Shown here: positions 52,613 through 62,332 of the stretch, one piece after another
How positions within the stretch are numbered: the stretch's first letter is position 1
Layout: the number at the start of each line of letters is the position of its first letter
Program-made: the position numbers and the translations under genes
Origin: Candidatus Kapaibacterium sp.
GTDB taxonomy: Bacteria; Bacteroidota; Ignavibacteria; Kapaibacteriales; UBA2268
NCBI GenBank assembly: GCA_963665665.1
Contig: OY762428.1
Span: 3,904,001-3,968,000 of the forward strand
Direction of reading: 5' to 3'
DNA: 64,000 bases
The notes under the pieces: generated by a model
Databases searched by the model: none
What the model saw: only the letters and a program-made list of their open reading frames with translations
Told to the model about the DNA's origin: nothing

Positions 52613-53872
52613 ATGAAGAAACTAATTTTACTGGCAGCAATTTTATCATTTTTATTTTCTGCCGGGGCAAGGGCACAGGCCGATTCCCTCGTGATGTGGA
52701 CTTATGGAAATACAAGGTTTTCAACACAGCCGCGAGTACATCCCAACGGCAATGTTTTCATCGGAGATAATCAGGCAAATATAATGGAAATTGACGGTTT
52801 AACAGGAGAACTTATAAGAAAAATAGCTTTGCCTGCCGGAACAACAAGTTTGGAATTGTCTTTGGATGGTTCGAAAATGGCGGCGGCAGGATATATAATT
52901 GATGTAGAAAGTGGAGAAGTAATTAAAGCACATCCTGAAGCTTACAAGATAAAATTTCTCCATCCTGACAATTCTAAAATTATTTATGCACCTTTTAATC
53001 AGGCAGAATACAACTTCTTTGTATGGGATATTGAAACCGGGGAATCAGAAAGTTTTGATATCGGAAAAAAATTAATAACTGCGCTGGAAGTATCAAATAA
53101 CGGCAAATTCTTTGCAATTGCAACATTGGAAACCGGATACGATGACGAAGAACACACCCACTTCTACCTTTTCGATGCGCAAACAATGCAGTTTATTAAG
53201 GAACTGGAAGACTATCCTGACAATGGCAGAAGAATTGAGTATATTCAGTTTTCTGAAAATGCTAAGTATGTATGTTATGGGCAAAACAGGTTAGGTTCAA
53301 TAAAAGGTTCATTTTTCTTAACGGAAGCACCGTATTCCAAGTGGATGTTAATAACAGAAACAACCCCGCCTAAAGGTTTTTGGGGTTTAGGTCTGATTGA
53401 TGATAATTATGTTTTTGCAACATCAGATAATGGGCTTGATTTTTATTCAATTATATGGGATATTGATAATGAAAAAGAAATATATTTTTCATCAGAATAT
53501 GGTTCTTCAAATCCGCTATACAACTATGCAGCTAAAAATATAATTGTACACGATAATGGAAATCGTACTATTGTCGCCCTTGATTTCGAAAAAATCCTGA
53601 GTACCGTAGGCGTTAAAGATGAGTTGGATACAAACGCGTTCAGGGCTGAATACTCGGGCGGCATACTGACAATAAACGGACTTGAAAGCCAAAGCGTAGA
53701 AATCAACCTTACAATTAATAATATTCAGGGGGAAGTGGTTTTTTCTCAAAATATCGCTGCTGTTCATGGTTCGCAAATATCGTTGTCCGTATCATTGCCC
53801 TCGGGGGTTTATATTGCCCGAATCAGGACGGGAGAAAATAATTATTCCTCAAAATTTTTAGTGGTGAACTAA
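52613..53872 (+). CDS. Beta-propeller/T9SS paralogue, copy 4 (AAAA)
   Basis: Protein identical to copy 1; one synonymous GGC/GGT difference seen near 53770. Confidence 0.85.
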   Translation: MKKLILLAAILSFLFSAGARAQADSLVMWTYGNTRFSTQPRVHPNGNVFIGDNQANIMEIDGLTGELIRKIALPAGTTSLELSLDGSKMAAAGYIIDVESGEVIKAHPEAYKIKFLHPDNSKIIYAPFNQAEYNFFVWDIETGESESFDIGKKLITALEVSNNGKFFAIATLETGYDDEEHTHFYLFDAQTMQFIKELEDYPDNGRRIEYIQFSENAKYVCYGQNRLGSIKGSFFLTEAPYSKWMLITETTPPKGFWGLGLIDDNYVFATSDNGLDFYSIIWDIDNEKEIYFSSEYGSSNPLYNYAAKNIIVHDNGNRTIVALDFEKILSTVGVKDELDTNAFRAEYSGGILTINGLESQSVEINLTINNIQGEVVFSQNIAAVHGSQISLSVSLPSGVYIARIRTGENNYSSKFLVVN

Positions 53873-54040
53873 CTCCGCCCCCGCTTTCAGCGCTGACAGG
53901 TTCAACATTGAAAGCGGCGGCTGGAAAAATGAAGAAAAAGCAGGGAATATTGAGACCAAATTGAATTTGATATGTTACTAACTATATATAAATAATACTA
54001 CCCGATGGTAGTAATGTAAAAACAATTATGGGGCTTTACC

Positions 54041-55300
54041 ATGAAAAAACTAATTTTATTCACAGCAATTTTATCATTTTTATTATCTGCCGGGGCAAGG
54101 GCACAGGCCGATTCCCTCGTGATGTGGACTTATGGAAATACAAGGTTTTCAACACAGCCGCGAGTACATCCCAACGGCAATGTTTTCATCGGAGATAATC
54201 AGGCAAATATAATGGAAATTGACGGTTTAACAGGAGAACTTATAAGAAAAATAGCTTTGCCTGCCGGAACAACAAGTTTGGAATTGTCTTTGGATGGTTC
54301 GAAAATGGCGGCGGCAGGATATATAATTGATGTAGAAAGTGGAGAAGTAATTAAAGCACATCCTGCAGCTTACAAGATAAAATTTCTCCATCCTGACAAT
54401 TCTAAAATTATTTATGCACCTTTTAATCAGGCAGAATACAACTTCTTTGTATGGGATATTGAAACCGGGGAATCAGAAAGTTTTGATATCGGAAAAAAAT
54501 TAATAACTGCGCTGGAAGTATCAAATAACGGCAAATTCTTTGCAATTGCAACATTGGAAACCGGATACGATGACGAAGAACACACCCACTTCTACCTTTT
54601 CGATGCGCAAACAATGCAGTTTATTAAGGAGCTTGAAGACTACCCTGCCAATGGCAGAAGAATTGAGTATATTCAGTTTTCTGAAAATGCTAAGTATGTA
54701 AGTTATGGACTTAATCATTCTGGCTCACCAAAAGCTGCCATTTTTTTAACGGAAACGCCGTATTCAGGGTGGATATTAAAAACTGAAACAACTCCGCCCA
54801 AAGGATTTTATGGATTAGGTATGATTGGTGATAAATATGTTTTTGCAACATCAGCTATTGGAAATGATTTTCATTCAATTATATGGGATATTGATAATGA
54901 AAAAGAAATATATTTTTCATCAGAATATGGTTCTTCAAATCCGCTATACAACTATGCAGCTAAAAATATAATTGTACACGATAATGGAAATTATACATTA
55001 GTCGCCCTTGATTTCGAAAAAATCCTTAGTACCGTGGGCGTTAAAGAAGAAGAGGATGCAAACGCGTTCAGGGCTGAATACTCTGGCGGGATACTGACAA
55101 TAAACGGGCTTGAAAGCCAAAGCGTAGAAATCAACCTTACAATTAATAATATTCAGGGGGAAGTGGTTTTTTCTCAAAATATTGCTGCTGTTCAGGGTTC
55201 GCAAATATCGTCGCCCGTATCATTGCCCTCGGGGGTTTATATTGCCCGGATCAGGACGGGAGAAAATAATTATTCCTCAAAATTTATCGTGGTTAACTAA
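54041..55300 (+). CDS. Beta-propeller/T9SS paralogue, copy 5 (AABB)
   Basis: First half like copies 1 and 4, second half like copy 3. Confidence 0.85.
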   Translation: MKKLILFTAILSFLLSAGARAQADSLVMWTYGNTRFSTQPRVHPNGNVFIGDNQANIMEIDGLTGELIRKIALPAGTTSLELSLDGSKMAAAGYIIDVESGEVIKAHPAAYKIKFLHPDNSKIIYAPFNQAEYNFFVWDIETGESESFDIGKKLITALEVSNNGKFFAIATLETGYDDEEHTHFYLFDAQTMQFIKELEDYPANGRRIEYIQFSENAKYVSYGLNHSGSPKAAIFLTETPYSGWILKTETTPPKGFYGLGMIGDKYVFATSAIGNDFHSIIWDIDNEKEIYFSSEYGSSNPLYNYAAKNIIVHDNGNYTLVALDFEKILSTVGVKEEEDANAFRAEYSGGILTINGLESQSVEINLTINNIQGEVVFSQNIAAVQGSQISSPVSLPSGVYIARIRTGENNYSSKFIVVN

Positions 55301-55343
55301 GGGGTAAAAAATGAAAAAGATAATTCACAATAGTATTTATTGA
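55301..55343 (+). pseudogene. Possible 5' remnant of a deleted secreted-protein gene
   Basis: AAGGGG RBS plus ATG AAA AAG ATA ATT (MKKII), fused to the array's 3' hairpin sequence. Confidence 0.4.
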
Positions 55344-55415
55344 ACTAACCCCGCCCACGCTTTCAGCGCTGATAAGTTCAGGATTGAAAGCGGCGGCTGT
55401 CCCTCAACTCAACCA

Positions 55416-55600
55416 TCATCCAATTCAATAGCCACGTGCTTTAGCTCGTGGGTAAGGGAGGCAAAGAAAAAGAATCCACCCCGACTCGCTGCGCTCGCCA
55501 CCCCTCAACGAGGGGAATTTTCCGGAAGTCCATACCCGTCTGCTTGCGCAGACACCTCCTGCCTGTCCCGCTCCATCGGAAATAGATCGGAGTCGGCGAA
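55416..55600. repeat. Cluster of REP-like palindromes right of the array
   Basis: CCACGTGCTTTAGCTCGTGG; TCCACCCCGACTCGCTGCGCTCGCCACCCCTCAACGAGGGGA; GCCTGTCCCG shared with 47959. Confidence 0.7.
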
Positions 55601-55660
55601 AGCTGGGAATTAAACAGATGCAAAACAATTTAAAAGTGTACCAAATAGGATTGTATTTTA

Positions 55661-57775
55661 TTATTCCACTACCAGCGGCCTGCCCTTAAAATTGCCATCA
55701 ATATCCAAAATGACGAGAATATAAACTCCTTTTGGTAATTCTCTAATATTCATCCGAAGATCATAACCGGCTGAAGTTAGCTGTTTGATATTTTTTTTCT
55801 TTACTACCTGTCCTGCAAGATTATAAATAATGATATCATTCAGGTAAATACTTTCATTAATTGTGATATTGATATTTTCATTTGCAGGAATCGGATAAAT
55901 GAAGAAGTCTTTACCAATTTTAGCAATTTCCGGATTATCTTCAACCGAAACGGGATCCGGTTTATATTTTACAATACCATTGCTTGTTGTAATCCAAAAA
56001 TATCCTTTTGAATCCTGAAATATATCCGTTAACCAATTTGAAGGCAAATTACTATTTAGAATATTAAATACTTTCCAGTCCTGCCGATCAAAGACAGCAA
56101 GGCCTTTATATTGAGAAGCAACCCAAATATTGTTCTGTATATCAGAAATTATTGAATTTACAAACTTACAGATACCAGGAATATCAAACGGGTAAGCCTT
56201 ATTCCAGGTTTGAACGTTAAATCGATATAATTGGTCACAGAATAAACCGACCCATAAATCGCCATTAGTTTCCCTAAAAATCGATCTGACCGGCTTGCCG
56301 TTCATAGTGCTGTCTGATACCGAAAATGCGGACCATTCGTTTCCGTTAAAACAAAGTAAACTGCGATTATACATTCCGAACCAGATATTTTTTTCCGAAT
56401 CTTCATAAATACTTGTTACTTTGATGTCAGGAATGTTACTATTAGCCGAATTAAATGTTACCCAGTTATAACCATCAAATCTGAAAATATTGTTTTCTTC
56501 ATCACTAATCCAGATATTATTTTTGGAATCAATGAAAAATGTATTGATCTTGATAAATGGATATCCATTTTCAGTTGAATCTAGCTGTATCAATTTATTT
56601 CCGGTAAGTTTGTAAATACTGTTTTCCGTGGCAAACCAAATATTTTTCGTATCGTCAATTTCGATTCCGAATATATAATTGTGGGGCAGGATTGTATCAG
56701 GCTTTAAATTATTCCATTTTCCATCCTGATAAAACATTATCTGATCTAAGAATTTCCCGGTCCAGATTGTTCCGTTTTTTCCTTCGAGTAGATAATTGAA
56801 ATGAGAATCCGGTAGAGCCGAATTACTAAGATTTCTTGCAGACCACTCGAGACCATCAAACTTATCAAGCATTCCATATGCATTACCAACCCAAATATTT
56901 CCAGCAGAATCAAAGTATAACGAATTAATACCATCATCTGATAATCCTGAATTATCTGAAGTAAAATTTATCCATTCGGAATTACTTTGTTTCAGGAGGC
57001 CTGATGATTTTGTTCCCAGCCATAAATTACCTTCCTTATCCTCGCTGATAGCAGTAATCTCGCAATCTGGAATATTAGAATTGCCATAAAATTGCACTGT
57101 CCAATGTCCATCATCGTACTTAGTTATACCTTTATCCGTGCCAAACCAGATGTTTCCTTTCGAATCACAATAGGCAGAATGAATTGAAAGACTCAACAAA
57201 GCTGAATTATTTTCATAAAAAGTCTTGAAGCTTTCTCCGTCATATTGTGTTACTCCTTTACTCGTTACAAACCATATATTACCGGATTTATCTCCGAAAA
57301 TTTTTGTAACTCTTCTGTCGGCAAGCCCATCTTCAGTAGAATAGCAAGTAGTATCTTTTCCATCGTAAAAAATTACACCGTGATTATCTGTACCAAACCA
57401 GAAATTTTGATCCGAATCAATATAGAAACATATAGGATATCCATAGGTATCAGAATATTGTGATAATATATCAAATTTTAAATTTTCTGTATTCATCCTA
57501 TATAGATATCTTCCAAATAAAAATATTTCATTGTTTTCATTTATTTGAATATCATGAAAATTATAAGATTTCAGATCTGTATTTGTAGGATTGTAATGAC
57601 TTATGGTTTCGCTTGTTTTATCCATTCTAACCAGCCCTTTGTCCGTTGCAAACCAAATATAATTTCCATTTTCAAGAATGTCATCTATATTTTGTATTTT
57701 ACTGTAAACAGTCCACTCCTCAGCGTGGATATATGATACAAATACAATCATTAATAAAATTGTAAGTCTTTTCAT
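55661..57775 (-). CDS. Secreted two-component-regulator-propeller (Reg_prop) repeat protein with T9SS sorting domain
   Basis: Many D..GN[IL]W[FV]GT..G repeats with NS.LP spacers; tail IYPIPA...LPKGVYIL. Confidence 0.88.
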   Translation of the reverse strand: MKRLTILLMIVFVSYIHAEEWTVYSKIQNIDDILENGNYIWFATDKGLVRMDKTSETISHYNPTNTDLKSYNFHDIQINENNEIFLFGRYLYRMNTENLKFDILSQYSDTYGYPICFYIDSDQNFWFGTDNHGVIFYDGKDTTCYSTEDGLADRRVTKIFGDKSGNIWFVTSKGVTQYDGESFKTFYENNSALLSLSIHSAYCDSKGNIWFGTDKGITKYDDGHWTVQFYGNSNIPDCEITAISEDKEGNLWLGTKSSGLLKQSNSEWINFTSDNSGLSDDGINSLYFDSAGNIWVGNAYGMLDKFDGLEWSARNLSNSALPDSHFNYLLEGKNGTIWTGKFLDQIMFYQDGKWNNLKPDTILPHNYIFGIEIDDTKNIWFATENSIYKLTGNKLIQLDSTENGYPFIKINTFFIDSKNNIWISDEENNIFRFDGYNWVTFNSANSNIPDIKVTSIYEDSEKNIWFGMYNRSLLCFNGNEWSAFSVSDSTMNGKPVRSIFRETNGDLWVGLFCDQLYRFNVQTWNKAYPFDIPGICKFVNSIISDIQNNIWVASQYKGLAVFDRQDWKVFNILNSNLPSNWLTDIFQDSKGYFWITTSNGIVKYKPDPVSVEDNPEIAKIGKDFFIYPIPANENINITINESIYLNDIIIYNLAGQVVKKKNIKQLTSAGYDLRMNIRELPKGVYILVILDIDGNFKGRPLVVE

Positions 57776-57978
57776 GGCTAAGCCTCTCTATTATAAATAG
57801 TAATAATAATAGGACAAGATAAATATATAAATTCAAACAAGCAAGAATTATTTTTCATAAATATAAATATTTACAAGCATTTATTTAAAGCATCCCCTAT
57901 ATGTCAATATTCCTTAAATATCATAAAAAAAGCCGCCCTTCAGGACAGCTCTTTTTAAACTTATTTTATTGTCATTTT

Positions 57979-58434
57979 TTACTCTGCTGCAAATGGCTTC
58001 AGGCGGGAATAGTCGTCGCCGAGAACAACCGTGCAGTGAAGGAAAAGATTGGAGTCAATTTTTGATACTACCATTGAATCGCTGATTCCCAATGCGTAGG
58101 CCACTTTTTTTGCCGATTCAATATTTCCTAATCTGTCAATAACCATTGATTTTGCAGCTTTGTCCTTGTTGTTTCCTATTTCTACAACGTCGAAGCCGCG
58201 ATAACGCATAAATTCTTTTGTCCCGGCGGCAAGGCCCGCTACTCCGCATCCATTCATAATATTTACCTGGATAACTTCCTCAAGGTCTTCGGTATATTCT
58301 CCCGAAGACGGGTCTACCGGCGGTGATATTATCATACGTGATACAAAGGAGCTTAGCATGGCAATAACAATAATTGAAAACAACCCGAGGAATACCCAGC
58401 TTGCAATTTCTTTTCCGTCTCCGAATCTGAACAT
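57979..58434 (-). CDS. LytR C-terminal domain membrane protein
   Basis: N-terminal TM; IQVNIMNGCGVAGLA, GFDVVEIGN, VVLGDDY. Confidence 0.88.
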   Translation of the reverse strand: MFRFGDGKEIASWVFLGLFSIIVIAMLSSFVSRMIISPPVDPSSGEYTEDLEEVIQVNIMNGCGVAGLAAGTKEFMRYRGFDVVEIGNNKDKAAKSMVIDRLGNIESAKKVAYALGISDSMVVSKIDSNLFLHCTVVLGDDYSRLKPFAAE

Positions 58435-58581
58435 TTTTTCTCCGTATTTAATTATTAAAAACTAAGACTGAATAATCAATTACTATGCCACAGAATCTGC
58501 CGGGCTTTACTAAACTATTATTTTGCGGTAAATAAAATCATGATTAAATTACCGACCATTGTAAAATATAGAAGTGCAAAA

Positions 58582-59859
58582 ATGAAAGCTTATAGGGGCA
58601 TAATATTAAGCGGGAAATCGGCTGGTGAAGTAAAAATCTTCCGGGACGGCTTGCTGCTCGTGGATGGAGAGGGAAAAATACAATTCTGCGGTGACTTCCG
58701 GAAATCCGGTATTGATACGAAAAGATACAAAATCGAAACTGTTGGATTAATCCTTCCCGGTTTTATTGATATGCATACGCACCTTCCACAATTCAGGGCT
58801 GTTGGTATGGGTGGCGGCCAGCTTCTTGAATGGCTCGTGAACCATATCTTTCCCCTTGAATCCAATTATTCCGATAATAGCTATGCCCAAAAAGAATCGG
58901 GTATTTTCTTTGAAAAGATAATCCGCGAAGGGACAACAACAGCAGTAATTTATTCAGCCCCATTCGAAAGAGCGTGCGATATAGCTTTCCAGTCTGCTGA
59001 AAAATGCGGGATCAGAGCCTTCACAGGCCGGACAATGATGGATATAAACTCACCGGTTGATTTAATGGATAAAACCGATTCCATACTGGAAAGTGTTAAA
59101 TCTCTGATTTCAAAATGGCACGGGCATGATTCGGGAAGATTGAACTATATCCTTACGCCGCGATTTGCCGGGAGTTGCTCCACCAGTTTAATGAAAAAAT
59201 GCGCTGAAATTTCTAATTCGGAAAATATTTTCGTACAAACTCATTTATCCGAGAATAGAAAAGAACTCGAACTGATGAAGGAATTGCATCCGGGTTATAA
59301 AAATTACACTGATATTTATGACAAATCAGGCTTAATAGGTGATAAAACACTTCTTGCACACGGCATATACCTTAGTGATGAAGAATTGAAAATAATCAAA
59401 GACAAAGGGGCTGCAATTGTTCATTGCCCGGCATCAAACAGCTATTTGTCCAGCGGAATAATGCCCTTGTCGGATTATATTAATAGAAAGATAAAAATTG
59501 GTATTGGTACTGATATTGCAGGCGGCTGGAACTTTTCAATGCTTGATGAAGGGCGGGAGGCACTGGAATCAGCAAAAAAACTTGCTGCGATTAAAAATAT
59601 TGATAATGAAATAAATCTAAGAAGCATATTTAATATGATAACTATTAATGCCGCTGAAACCCTTGGAATAAACAATGTTACCGGCAGCCTTGAGAATGGC
59701 AAAGATGCAGATTTTTTAACTGCTGATTTTTCAGAAAAAATCAATGCCGTCAAAATAGATACAGATGAACTGCTATCGCTCCTTTTCTATCGGAAACAGG
59801 ATTATAATATAACCGGTATTTATGTCAGGGGGAGAAATATATCAATAAAAATGGATTAA
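58582..59859 (+). CDS. guaD: Guanine deaminase (amidohydrolase family)
   Basis: PGFIDMHTHLPQ, LLEWL...FPLE, TPRFA.SCS, QTHLSEN, HCPASN.YL.SG, GTDIAGG. Confidence 0.92.
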   Translation: MKAYRGIILSGKSAGEVKIFRDGLLLVDGEGKIQFCGDFRKSGIDTKRYKIETVGLILPGFIDMHTHLPQFRAVGMGGGQLLEWLVNHIFPLESNYSDNSYAQKESGIFFEKIIREGTTTAVIYSAPFERACDIAFQSAEKCGIRAFTGRTMMDINSPVDLMDKTDSILESVKSLISKWHGHDSGRLNYILTPRFAGSCSTSLMKKCAEISNSENIFVQTHLSENRKELELMKELHPGYKNYTDIYDKSGLIGDKTLLAHGIYLSDEELKIIKDKGAAIVHCPASNSYLSSGIMPLSDYINRKIKIGIGTDIAGGWNFSMLDEGREALESAKKLAAIKNIDNEINLRSIFNMITINAAETLGINNVTGSLENGKDADFLTADFSEKINAVKIDTDELLSLLFYRKQDYNITGIYVRGRNISIKMD

Positions 59860-59961
59860 AATCGCTTTACCGAATATGATATTTGCCTGTTTTTTTTTAT
59901 CTTATTTTTTTGAAAATAGCTTACTTTACCAAAAGAATATAATTTCTAAAAAGATGATATA

Positions 59962-61743
59962 ATGGATGAAAATATTAAAATCGAAGAATTTGTAGTTACT
60001 GCCAGAAAATTCCGTCCTATGCGGTTTTCAGACGTTGTCGGGCAGGATCATGTTACGAAAACACTGCAAAATTCAATAAAGAACAACCGTGTGCACCATG
60101 CTTTTCTGTTCTGCGGCCCGCGCGGAGTCGGTAAAACTACTACCGCGAGGATACTTGCCAGGGCGCTGAACTGCCTTTCCCCGGTGAACAACGAACCATG
60201 CAACGAGTGTGATAATTGCAAAGCTGTGATAAACAACCGTTCCATGGATATAATTGAAATTGACGGCGCTTCGAATAATGGTGTGGATGATATCAGGAAT
60301 CTGCGGGAGAATGCAAAATACCCTCCGGTGAACGGTAAGTATAAAATGTATATTATCGATGAAGTGCACATGCTGTCAAAATCTGCATTCAATGCGCTGC
60401 TGAAAATACTTGAGGAACCCCCGAAACATCTTCTGTTTGTTTTTGCAACAACTGAATCCCACAAGGTTCTGCCTACAATAATCAGCCGCTGCCAACGATA
60501 TGATTTCCGACGGATGGAAATTAACGACATAATTAAGCAGCTGTCCTTTATTGCAAAACGTGAAAATATTACAATCGAAGAAGAGGCCCTTGTTACTATA
60601 GCAAAAAAAGCTGACGGCTCAATGCGCGATTCCGAGAGTATATTCGACCAGGTAGTGGCATTCTGCGGAAAAGATATTAAATATTCAGATATGGCCGAAT
60701 CGCTAAACCTTATCGATGTGGATTTCTTCTTCAGGATAAGTGATGCTATCGCAGGAAAGAATATTTCTGAAATGTTCAATATTACCCGGGAAGTCGTCAG
60801 AAAAGGATATGACCTTCAGGAATGTCTCCATGGTATTCTGGAACACTTCAGGAATTTGCTTACGATAAAAGTTACCAACGATACCTCGCTAATTGAGAGT
60901 TCAGAATCTTATCTTGAAAAATATAGAGCAAGCGCCCTGGAATTTACCAAAACAGATATTCTCAGGGTTTTGAACCTCGTTGTTAGTACCGACCAGGAAA
61001 TCAGGTTTGCCCCGCAGCCAAAAATACGTTTTGAACTTTCCCTGGTACAGCTTGCGTCGATTGATAAGGGGCATGAGATAACGGAATTACTTGCCCAACT
61101 AAAAAATCTTCAAAAACACGGGCCTGCCAATACGGATTCAGGAACAACAATATCTCATGCAAGAGAAATTTCAGAAGTTTACAGCGCTGCACCAACAAGT
61201 CCGCCGCCAATTAATCAGAATAAAGAAAAAACAGAACTATCAGCACATGCAACCCCGCCGGATTTGCTGAAAAAAGAAGAACCTGCCGTTGAAAATACTA
61301 AGCCTGAGTCAGCTCAGGATATTGAACCGGAAAATGTTCCTGAACCGCAAAAAAATCCGGACTGGGCGGGTTTTCTTCAAAAATATGGAAGCTCGGCTTA
61401 TGGATTGACTCTTCTTTCAAGCATGGAAACTGATTTCAGGGATAACTGCCTTGTAATTAATTGCCGCTCTGATTTCGAGGACGATAGCATTAAGCAGAAT
61501 AAATCCAAACTGATAGAGTTGCTGAATGATTATTTTGGCAAAAAGATCGATTTGATCATTAGTTGTCCGGGAACTGATACCGGGTCGAAAAATTCCAAAA
61601 ATAATGAAGTGGATAACACGGATATTAATTCAGCTTCGTCACAAAATAATGAATCCGGGCAAGATAATGATAATAAAGGCCGGCATCCGGTTGAAAAGAA
61701 AATAATTGAATTATTTGATGCCCGCGAGATCAGAGTGAATTAG
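59962..61743 (+). CDS. dnaX: DNA polymerase III subunit gamma/tau
   Basis: ARKFRP..F.DVVGQ, GPRGVGKTT, Zn cysteines, EIDGASN, IDEVHML, SRCQ. Confidence 0.97.
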   Translation: MDENIKIEEFVVTARKFRPMRFSDVVGQDHVTKTLQNSIKNNRVHHAFLFCGPRGVGKTTTARILARALNCLSPVNNEPCNECDNCKAVINNRSMDIIEIDGASNNGVDDIRNLRENAKYPPVNGKYKMYIIDEVHMLSKSAFNALLKILEEPPKHLLFVFATTESHKVLPTIISRCQRYDFRRMEINDIIKQLSFIAKRENITIEEEALVTIAKKADGSMRDSESIFDQVVAFCGKDIKYSDMAESLNLIDVDFFFRISDAIAGKNISEMFNITREVVRKGYDLQECLHGILEHFRNLLTIKVTNDTSLIESSESYLEKYRASALEFTKTDILRVLNLVVSTDQEIRFAPQPKIRFELSLVQLASIDKGHEITELLAQLKNLQKHGPANTDSGTTISHAREISEVYSAAPTSPPPINQNKEKTELSAHATPPDLLKKEEPAVENTKPESAQDIEPENVPEPQKNPDWAGFLQKYGSSAYGLTLLSSMETDFRDNCLVINCRSDFEDDSIKQNKSKLIELLNDYFGKKIDLIISCPGTDTGSKNSKNNEVDNTDINSASSQNNESGQDNDNKGRHPVEKKIIELFDAREIRVN

Positions 61744-61772
61744 AATGTTGAATTAAAATACAGGATATAACA

Positions 61773-62249
61773 ATGGCTCTTGAAATTGGAACAAAAGCTC
61801 CGGAATTTTCCGCTGAAATAGATGGCGGAGAAAAAATTAATATTAGTGATTACAAAGGAAAATGGGTTGTTCTTTATTTCTACCCAAAGGATAATACTCC
61901 CGGCTGCACGAAAGAAGCCTGTTCGTTCAACGATAACCTTGATGCTCTAACTGAACTCGGAGCTGAAGTTATCGGAATCAGCCCCGACAGTGTAAAATCT
62001 CATGATAAATTCAAGGAAAAATTTAACCTGAATTTCCATCTTGTTTCCGATCCTGAAAAAGAAATCTGCAAATCTTATGATATTCTTGGCGAGAAATCCA
62101 TGTTTGGCAAGAAATATTTCGGAGTGATCCGCTCCACTTATATCATCGATCCGGATGGAAACATTGCAAAAGTTTATAAAAAAGTAAAAGTTGCCGGCCA
62201 CACGGAAAAGGTAATGGAAGATTTGAAAAAATTGCAGGAAAATAAATAA
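61773..62249 (+). CDS. bcp: Peroxiredoxin Q/BCP
   Basis: YFYPKDNTPGCTKEAC, RSTYIID. Confidence 0.95.
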   Translation: MALEIGTKAPEFSAEIDGGEKINISDYKGKWVVLYFYPKDNTPGCTKEACSFNDNLDALTELGAEVIGISPDSVKSHDKFKEKFNLNFHLVSDPEKEICKSYDILGEKSMFGKKYFGVIRSTYIIDPDGNIAKVYKKVKVAGHTEKVMEDLKKLQENK

Positions 62250-62332
62250 TTATATTATTTTTGTAATCATGTGCCGGGAAATTTATAATAAATAGTTGTT
62301 TTTGATATTATCCCGAAAAAATATTCAATACG

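Larger units (their letters stand above)
48221..55398 (+). repeat. Five-unit tandem gene array, unit 1428-1437 bp
   Basis: CDS starts 48312, 49740, 51176, 52613, 54041; near-identical intergenic spacers and 3' regions. Confidence 0.97.

Noticed and set aside
48221-55398. Diversity-generating retroelement behind the array variation
   Set aside because: No reverse transcriptase or template repeat in the window; differences are whole blocks and are not adenine-specific.
48221-55398. CRISPR array or integron cassette array
   Set aside because: Units are about 1.43 kb paralogous genes; no cas or integrase gene; the hairpins lack convincing RYYYAAC/GTTRRRY ends.
55425-55628. Short ORFs right of the array
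   Set aside because: Translations of GC-rich REP-like palindromes.
61268-61280. dnaX -1 frameshift site (A6G)
   Set aside because: The run is in the AAA AAA G phase rather than A AAA AAG, and no clear stimulatory hairpin was seen.
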